The notes under the pieces are model-generated. The model made no database searches, was not told where the DNA came from, and saw only the letters and a program-made list of their open reading frames with translations. DNA of 64,000 nt, from NCBI RefSeq assembly GCF_017348835.2, contig NZ_CP071375.1. The stretch is one strand, 5' to 3'. Position numbers and translations under genes: made by a program. The number at the start of each line of letters is the position of its first letter. The stretch's first letter is position 1. This DNA comes from Escherichia coli. Its GTDB lineage: Bacteria > Pseudomonadota > Gammaproteobacteria > Enterobacterales > Enterobacteriaceae. Of this stretch, positions 57,929 through 64,000 are shown piece by piece.

Positions 57929-58122
57929 TTACTTTGCTCCATTCCGTGCTGGCTGCGCTTGTGGTCAGCACACCTCACTTCTCGTGACCAAGATCACATT
58001 CTCACTTTCCCCTGCGACACGGGTGTCGAATCCATTTTTTGCTGAACGTTAATGACCATCATTTTTGTACCGTTCAGAATCCAGTTAATTCATAACTTAT
58101 TGAATATATTAAATTAATAAGA

Positions 58123-58140
58123 CTGGCATCCTTTATGCAA
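58123..58140 (+). promoter_or_regulatory. Sigma-54 (-24/-12) promoter of the hyf operon
   Basis: TGGCAT-N5-ATGCA with canonical GG..N10..GC spacing, about 40 bp upstream of hyfA. Confidence 0.5.
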
Positions 58141-58180
58141 TATGAAATGTAATGTTTCATATCATTTTCAAGGAGCCGAC

Positions 58181-58798
58181 ATGAACCGCTTTGTGGTGGC
58201 CGAACCAATGTGGTGTACAGGATGTAATACCTGTCTCGCTGCCTGTTCGGACGTGCATAAAACGCAAGGTTTACAGCAACACCCGCGCCTGGCCCTGGCG
58301 AAGACGTCAACACTCACTGCCCCTGTCGTGTGTCATCACTGTGAGGAAGCCCCTTGCCTGCAGGTCTGCCCGGTCAATGCCATCTCCCAGAGGGATGATG
58401 CGATCCAACTCAACGAAAGCCTCTGTATTGGCTGCAAGCTTTGCGCCGTGGTCTGCCCATTTGGCGCAATCAGCGCTTCAGGAAGCCGTCCGGTGAATGC
58501 CCCTGCGCAATATGTTTTTCAGGCTGAAGGCTCACTCAAAGACGGCGAAGAAAACGCGCCAACACAACATGCTTTGCTGCGCTGGGAACCGGGTGTCCAG
58601 ACCGTCGCGGTGAAATGCGACCTGTGTGATTTCTTGCCAGAAGGTCCGGCCTGCGTTCGCGCTTGCCCGAATCAGGCGTTACGGCTGATCACCGACGATA
58701 GCCTGCAACGTCAGATGAAAGAAAAACAGCGCCTTGCCGCAAGCTGGTTTGCCAATGGCGGGGAGGATCCCCTTTCCCTCACTCAGGAGCAACGCTAA
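58181..58798 (+). CDS. hyfA: Hydrogenase-4 component A (4Fe-4S ferredoxin-type)
   Basis: ORF trimmed to ATG 58181 (MNRFVVAEPMWCTGCNTC...); 205 aa. Confidence 0.9.
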   Translation: MNRFVVAEPMWCTGCNTCLAACSDVHKTQGLQQHPRLALAKTSTLTAPVVCHHCEEAPCLQVCPVNAISQRDDAIQLNESLCIGCKLCAVVCPFGAISASGSRPVNAPAQYVFQAEGSLKDGEENAPTQHALLRWEPGVQTVAVKCDLCDFLPEGPACVRACPNQALRLITDDSLQRQMKEKQRLAASWFANGGEDPLSLTQEQR

Positions 58799-60816
58799 TG
58801 GATGCCCTGCAATTATTAACCTGGTCGCTGATCCTCTATCTGTTTGCCAGTCTGGCTTCGCTGTTTTTACTCGGTCTGGACAGACTGGCTATTAAGCTTT
58901 CCGGCATCACATCGCTGGTGGGCGGCGTGATTGGCATTATCAGCGGAATTACGCAATTACATGCAGGCGTAACTTTAGTCGCCCGTTTTGCCACCCCTTT
59001 TGACTTTGCCGATTTAACCCTGCGAATGGATAGCCTCTCGGCATTTATGGTGCTGGTTATCTCCTTGCTGGTGGTGGTTTGTTCGCTCTATTCATTGACT
59101 TACATGCGCGAATACGAGGGCAAAGGCGCGGCGGCGATGGGCTTCTTTATGAATATTTTCATCGCATCGATGGTTGCCCTGCTGGTGATGGACAACGCTT
59201 TTTGGTTCATCGTGCTGTTTGAAATGATGTCACTGTCTTCCTGGTTTCTGGTCATTGCCAGGCAGGATAAAACGTCGATCAACGCTGGCATGCTCTACTT
59301 TTTTATCGCCCACGCCGGATCGGTGCTGATTATGATCGCCTTCTTGCTGATGGGACGCGAAAGCGGCAGCCTCGATTTTGCCAGTTTCCGCACGCTTTCA
59401 CTTTCTCCGGGGCTGGCGTCGGCGGTGTTCCTGCTGGCCTTTTTCGGTTTTGGCGCGAAAGCCGGAATGATGCCGTTGCACAGCTGGTTGCCGCGCGCTC
59501 ACCCTGCCGCACCATCGCACGCTTCGGCGTTGATGTCTGGCGTAATGGTCAAAATCGGTATTTTCGGCATCCTGAAAGTAGCGATGGATCTGCTGGCGCA
59601 AACGGGTTTGCCGCTGTGGTGGGGCATTCTGGTGATGGCGATCGGCGCAATCTCCGCGCTCCTGGGCGTGCTATATGCGCTGGCGGAACAGGATATCAAA
59701 CGGCTGCTGGCCTGGAGTACCGTCGAAAACGTCGGCATTATTTTGCTGGCAGTCGGTGTGGCGATGGTCGGTCTGTCACTGCACGACCCGCTGCTCACCG
59801 TGGTTGGACTGCTCGGCGCACTGTTTCATCTGCTCAACCATGCGCTGTTCAAAGGGCTGCTATTTCTCGGCGCGGGTGCGATTATTTCGCGTTTGCATAC
59901 CCACGACATGGAAAAAATGGGGGCACTGGCAAAACGGATGCCGTGGACAGCCGCAGCATGCCTGATTGGTTGCCTCGCGATATCAGCCCTTCCTCCGCTG
60001 AATGGTTTTATCAGCGAATGGTACACCTGGCAGTCGCTGTTCTCACTAAGTCGTGTGGAAGCCGTAGCGCTACAACTTGCGGGTCCTATTGCTATGGTAA
60101 TGCTGGCAGTCACTGGTGGGCTGGCAGTAATGTGCTTCGTAAAAATGTACGGTATTACTTTCTGTGGTGCGCCGCGCAGTACACACGCTGAAGAGGCACA
60201 GGAAGTGCCAAATACGATGATCGTCGCCATGCTACTGCTCGCGGCACTCTGCGTATTAATTGCGCTTAGTGCCAGTTGGCTGGCACCGAAGATAATGCAT
60301 ATTGCCCATGCGTTTACCAATACCCCTCCCGTCACTGTCGCCAGCGGAATAGCACTTGTACCCGGCACGTTTCATACACAGGTCACCCCCTCATTACTGT
60401 TGCTGTTACTACTGGCGATGCCTTTGCTGCCTGGCCTTTACTGGCTGTGGTGTCGTTCGCGCCGCGCAGCGTTTCGTCGCACAGGAGATGCCTGGGCATG
60501 CGGCTACAGCTGGGAAAACGCGATGGCTCCGTCAGGCAATGGCGTGATGCAGCCGCTGCGTGTGGTCTTCTCTGCGTTATTTCGTCTACGACAACAGCTC
60601 GACCCTACGCTGAGGCTAAATAAAGGTCTTGCGCACGTCACCGCCAGGGCTCAGAGCACAGAACCCTTCTGGGATGAGCGGGTGATCCGCCCCATCGTGA
60701 GCGCCACCCAACGGCTGGCCAAAGAAATACAGCATCTGCAAAGCGGCGACTTTCGTCTCTATTGCCTGTATGTGGTCGCCGCACTGGTTGTGCTGCTAAT
60801 CGCTATTGCCGTCTAA
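58798..60816 (+). CDS. hyfB: Hydrogenase-4 component B (NuoL-like membrane subunit)
   Basis: 672-aa polytopic ORF. Confidence 0.92.
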   Translation: MDALQLLTWSLILYLFASLASLFLLGLDRLAIKLSGITSLVGGVIGIISGITQLHAGVTLVARFATPFDFADLTLRMDSLSAFMVLVISLLVVVCSLYSLTYMREYEGKGAAAMGFFMNIFIASMVALLVMDNAFWFIVLFEMMSLSSWFLVIARQDKTSINAGMLYFFIAHAGSVLIMIAFLLMGRESGSLDFASFRTLSLSPGLASAVFLLAFFGFGAKAGMMPLHSWLPRAHPAAPSHASALMSGVMVKIGIFGILKVAMDLLAQTGLPLWWGILVMAIGAISALLGVLYALAEQDIKRLLAWSTVENVGIILLAVGVAMVGLSLHDPLLTVVGLLGALFHLLNHALFKGLLFLGAGAIISRLHTHDMEKMGALAKRMPWTAAACLIGCLAISALPPLNGFISEWYTWQSLFSLSRVEAVALQLAGPIAMVMLAVTGGLAVMCFVKMYGITFCGAPRSTHAEEAQEVPNTMIVAMLLLAALCVLIALSASWLAPKIMHIAHAFTNTPPVTVASGIALVPGTFHTQVTPSLLLLLLLAMPLLPGLYWLWCRSRRAAFRRTGDAWACGYSWENAMAPSGNGVMQPLRVVFSALFRLRQQLDPTLRLNKGLAHVTARAQSTEPFWDERVIRPIVSATQRLAKEIQHLQSGDFRLYCLYVVAALVVLLIAIAV

Positions 60817-60826
60817 GGAAATCACC

Positions 60827-61774
60827 ATGAGACAAACTCTTTGCGACGGATATCTGGTCATTTTTGCGTTAGCACAGGCCGTGATTCTGCTGATGCTAAC
60901 CCCACTTTTTACGGGTATTTCCCGGCAGATACGCGCGCGTATGCACTCCCGCCGCGGGCCTGGGATCTGGCAGGATTATCGCGATATCCACAAACTGTTT
61001 AAACGCCAGGAAGTTGCGCCGACATCTTCAGGTCTGATGTTCCGCCTGATGCCGTGGGTATTAATCAGCAGCATGCTGGTGCTGGCGATGGCCCTACCAC
61101 TATTTATTACCGTTTCCCCTTTTGCGGGCGGCGGCGATCTGATCACCCTTATCTATCTTCTTGCCCTGTTTCGTTTTTTCTTTGCTCTTTCAGGGCTGGA
61201 TACCGGAAGCCCGTTTGCGGGAGTCGGTGCCAGTCGCGAGTTGACGCTCGGCATTCTGGTCGAACCCATGCTCATTCTCTCACTGCTGGTATTGGCGCTG
61301 ATAGCGGATTCCACGCATATCGAGATGATCAGCAATACGCTGGCGATGGGCTGGAACTCGCCGCTAACCACCGTACTGGCGTTACTGGCCTGTGGTTTTG
61401 CCTGCTTCATTGAGATGGGAAAAATTCCCTTTGATGTTGCTGAAGCAGAACAGGAATTACAGGAAGGCCCGCTGACCGAATATTCCGGTGCCGGGCTGGC
61501 GCTGGCGAAATGGGGGCTGGGGCTGAAACAGGTCGTGATGGCAGCACTGTTTGTGGCCCTGTTTCTGCCCTTTGGGCGCGCGCAAGAACTTTCTCTCGCC
61601 TGCCTGCTGACTTCACTTGTCGTTACGCTGCTCAAGGTTTTGCTGATTTTTGTACTGGCCTCAATCGCAGAAAACACGCTGGCACGCGGGCGTTTTTTAC
61701 TCATTCACCATGTGACCTGGCTTGGCTTCAGCCTTGCTGCGCTTGCATGGGTCTTCTGGTTAACCGGTCTGTAA
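60827..61774 (+). CDS. hyfC: Hydrogenase-4 component C (NuoH-like)
   Basis: ORF trimmed to ATG 60827 (MRQTLCDGYLVIF...); 315 aa. Confidence 0.9.
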   Translation: MRQTLCDGYLVIFALAQAVILLMLTPLFTGISRQIRARMHSRRGPGIWQDYRDIHKLFKRQEVAPTSSGLMFRLMPWVLISSMLVLAMALPLFITVSPFAGGGDLITLIYLLALFRFFFALSGLDTGSPFAGVGASRELTLGILVEPMLILSLLVLALIADSTHIEMISNTLAMGWNSPLTTVLALLACGFACFIEMGKIPFDVAEAEQELQEGPLTEYSGAGLALAKWGLGLKQVVMAALFVALFLPFGRAQELSLACLLTSLVVTLLKVLLIFVLASIAENTLARGRFLLIHHVTWLGFSLAALAWVFWLTGL

Positions 61775-61790
61775 GGAGCACTGACGGAAT

Positions 61791-63230
61791 ATGGAAAATC
61801 TTGCTCTGACGACGTTAATGCTGCCTTTTATCGGCGCACTGGTCGTTTCGTTTTCGCCACAACGTCGGGCCGCCGAATGGGGGGTTTTGTTCGCCGCGCT
61901 GACCACGCTGTGCATGTTGTCGCTGATCTCCGCGTTTTATCAGGCCGATAAAGTTGCCGTCACGTTGACGTTGGTCAACGTGGGGGATGTGGCATTGTTT
62001 GGCCTGCTCATTGATCGCGTGAGTACGCTGATTCTGTTTGTGGTGGTGTTTCTCGGTTTGCTGGTCACGATCTACTCCACGGGTTATCTGACGGATAAAA
62101 ATCGCGAACACCCGCATAACGGCACGAATCGTTATTACGCATTTTTGCTGGTGTTTATCGGCGCGATGGCGGGACTGGTACTCTCCTCGACGCTGCTCGG
62201 TCAGTTGTTGTTTTTTGAAATTACGGGCGGCTGCTCCTGGGCGTTGATCAGTTATTATCAGAGCGATAAAGCGCAGCGTTCAGCACTAAAAGCGTTGCTT
62301 ATCACCCATATCGGTTCGTTGGGGTTGTATCTTGCCGCCGCCACGCTGTTTTTGCAGACCGGAACGTTTGCGCTTAGCGCGATGAGCGAGTTACACGGCG
62401 ACGCACGTTATCTGGTTTATGGCGGCATCCTGTTTGCCGCGTGGGGGAAATCGGCCCAGCTACCGATGCAAGCGTGGCTACCGGACGCAATGGAAGCGCC
62501 AACACCGATCAGCGCCTATCTCCACGCCGCATCGATGGTGAAAGTGGGCGTTTACATTTTTGCCCGCGCCATTATCGACGGCGGCAATATCCCGCATGTG
62601 ATTGGCGGTGTTGGCATGGTCATGGCCCTGGTCACCATTCTTTATGGCTTCCTGATGTATTTGCCACAGCAGGATATGAAGCGGTTGCTGGCCTGGTCGA
62701 CCATCACTCAACTTGGCTGGATGTTCTTCGGCTTGTCGCTCTCCATCTTCGGCTCGCGGCTGGCGCTGGAGGGTAGCATCGCCTACATCGTCAACCACGC
62801 GTTCGCTAAAAGCCTGTTTTTCCTTGTAGCAGGTGCGCTGAGTTACAGCTGCGGCACGCGCTTGTTGCCGCGTCTGCGTGGCGTATTGCACACCCTGCCG
62901 TTGCCAGGCGTGGGTTTCTGCGTAGCAGCGCTGGCGATTACCGGTGTGCCGCCGTTCAACGGCTTCTTCAGTAAATTCCCGCTGTTTGCCGCCGGTTTTG
63001 CGTTGTCAGTGGAGTACTGGATCCTGCTGCCCGCCATGATTCTGCTGATGATTGAATCGGTCGCCAGTTTCGCCTGGTTTATTCGCTGGTTTGGTCGCGT
63101 CGTGCCGGGCAAACCGAGCGAGGCCGTCGCCGATGCCGCACCGCTGCCAGGGTCAATGCGCCTGGTGTTGATTGTACTGATTGTGATGTCGCTGATTTCC
63201 AGCGTAATCGCCGCGACCTGGTTGCAGTAA
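61791..63230 (+). CDS. hyfD: Hydrogenase-4 component D (NuoM/N-like)
   Basis: 479-aa polytopic ORF. Confidence 0.92.
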   Translation: MENLALTTLMLPFIGALVVSFSPQRRAAEWGVLFAALTTLCMLSLISAFYQADKVAVTLTLVNVGDVALFGLLIDRVSTLILFVVVFLGLLVTIYSTGYLTDKNREHPHNGTNRYYAFLLVFIGAMAGLVLSSTLLGQLLFFEITGGCSWALISYYQSDKAQRSALKALLITHIGSLGLYLAAATLFLQTGTFALSAMSELHGDARYLVYGGILFAAWGKSAQLPMQAWLPDAMEAPTPISAYLHAASMVKVGVYIFARAIIDGGNIPHVIGGVGMVMALVTILYGFLMYLPQQDMKRLLAWSTITQLGWMFFGLSLSIFGSRLALEGSIAYIVNHAFAKSLFFLVAGALSYSCGTRLLPRLRGVLHTLPLPGVGFCVAALAITGVPPFNGFFSKFPLFAAGFALSVEYWILLPAMILLMIESVASFAWFIRWFGRVVPGKPSEAVADAAPLPGSMRLVLIVLIVMSLISSVIAATWLQ

Positions 63231-63241
63231 GGAGATGATGA

Positions 63242-63892
63242 ATGACCGGTTCTATGATCGTAAATAATCTGGCGGGACTGATGATGCTGACATCGCTGTT
63301 TGTGATTAGCGTCAAAAGCTATCGCCTGTCATGCGGATTTTACGCCTGCCAGTCGCTGGTGCTGGTGTCTATTTTCGCCACTCTCTCGTGCCTGTTCGCC
63401 GCAGAGCAACTGCTGATCTGGTCTGCCAGCGCCTTTATCACCAAAGTGCTGCTGGTACCGTTAATCATGACTTACGCTGCACGAAATATTCCCCAGAACA
63501 TCCCGGAAAAAGCGTTATTCGGTCCGGCAATGATGGCACTGCTCGCGGCGTTAATTGTCCTGCTTTGCGCATTTGTCGTTCAGCCCGTGAAGCTACCGAT
63601 GGCTACCGGGCTGAAACCGGCGCTGGCGGTAGCGTTAGGTCATTTTCTGCTTGGCCTGCTGTGCATTGTCAGCCAGCGCAATATCCTGCGGCAAATTTTT
63701 GGTTACTGCCTGATGGAAAACGGCTCCCATCTGGTGCTGGCGCTTCTTGCCTGGCGAGCACCGGAACTGGTGGAAATAGGTATCGCTACCGACGCCATCT
63801 TCGCCGTCATTGTGATGGTGTTACTGGCAAGAAAAACATGGCGTACCCACGGCACGCTGGACGTGAACAACTTGACCGCGCTGAAGGGATAA
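63242..63892 (+). CDS. hyfE: Hydrogenase-4 component E
   Basis: 216-aa membrane ORF. Confidence 0.9.
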   Translation: MTGSMIVNNLAGLMMLTSLFVISVKSYRLSCGFYACQSLVLVSIFATLSCLFAAEQLLIWSASAFITKVLLVPLIMTYAARNIPQNIPEKALFGPAMMALLAALIVLLCAFVVQPVKLPMATGLKPALAVALGHFLLGLLCIVSQRNILRQIFGYCLMENGSHLVLALLAWRAPELVEIGIATDAIFAVIVMVLLARKTWRTHGTLDVNNLTALKG

Positions 63893-63896
63893 TGAG

Positions 63897-64000
63897 ATGA
63901 GTTATTCTGTGATGTTCGCTTTACTCCTGCTCACGCCGCTGCTTTTTTCGCTGCTCTGTTTTGCCTGCCGGAAACGGGGGCACTCTGCGACTCGCGCGGT
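63897..64000 (+). CDS. hyfF: Hydrogenase-4 component F, N-terminal fragment running off the window edge
   Basis: ATG at 63897 opens a hydrophobic ORF ([17 protein letters not shown]...) continuing past the window. Confidence 0.6.
   Translation, partial: MSYSVMFALLLLTPLLFSLLCFACRKRGHSATRA

Noticed and set aside
57930-58035. Possible terminator after bcp (cgacacgggtgtcg hairpin plus T-run)
   Set aside because: Short 5-bp stem with the T-run displaced by 6 nt; too weak to call from sequence alone.

Overview
This window reads as an Escherichia coli K-12-like chromosomal segment, almost entirely conserved core genes, with one accessory island. Gene order is murR(partial)-murQ-murP-yfeW / yfeX-yfeY-yfeZ-ypeA / amiA-hemF / the ethanolamine-utilisation (eut) microcompartment operon / maeB / talA-tktB / ypfG-nudK-aegA / narQ / acrD / ypfM / yffB-dapE-ypfN / ypfH-tmcA-ypfJ-purC-bamC-dapA / gcvR-bcp / hyfABCDE-hyfF(partial). 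The eut operon (minus strand, eutS to eutK, with eutR) is split between eutB and eutA by a ~9.5 kb island (about 13.05-22.5 kb). The island carries a P4-family tyrosine integrase at its left end, an AlpA-like regulator, several small unknown ORFs and an orphan lambdoid tail tape-measure-like gene at its right end, and is bounded by imperfect direct repeats. The most interesting part is the integrase-proximal cargo (14.3-17.5 kb): a tightly overlapping two-gene cassette of unknown function on the opposite strand, flanked by repeat-rich, AT-rich non-coding DNA with terminator-like hairpins, plus a ~110-nt homopyrimidine tract near the right junction. I could not recognise any of the cargo proteins; their function is unassigned. 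This is the same locus as the K-12 CPZ-55 prophage, but the ORF sizes here do not match what I remember for K-12 yffL-yffS, so it may be a variant element; that needs a database search I cannot run. No rRNA, tRNA or CRISPR array was found. All gene calls rest on the supplied ORF translations, start-codon and RBS inspection, and recalled knowledge of E. coli; no alignments were computed.
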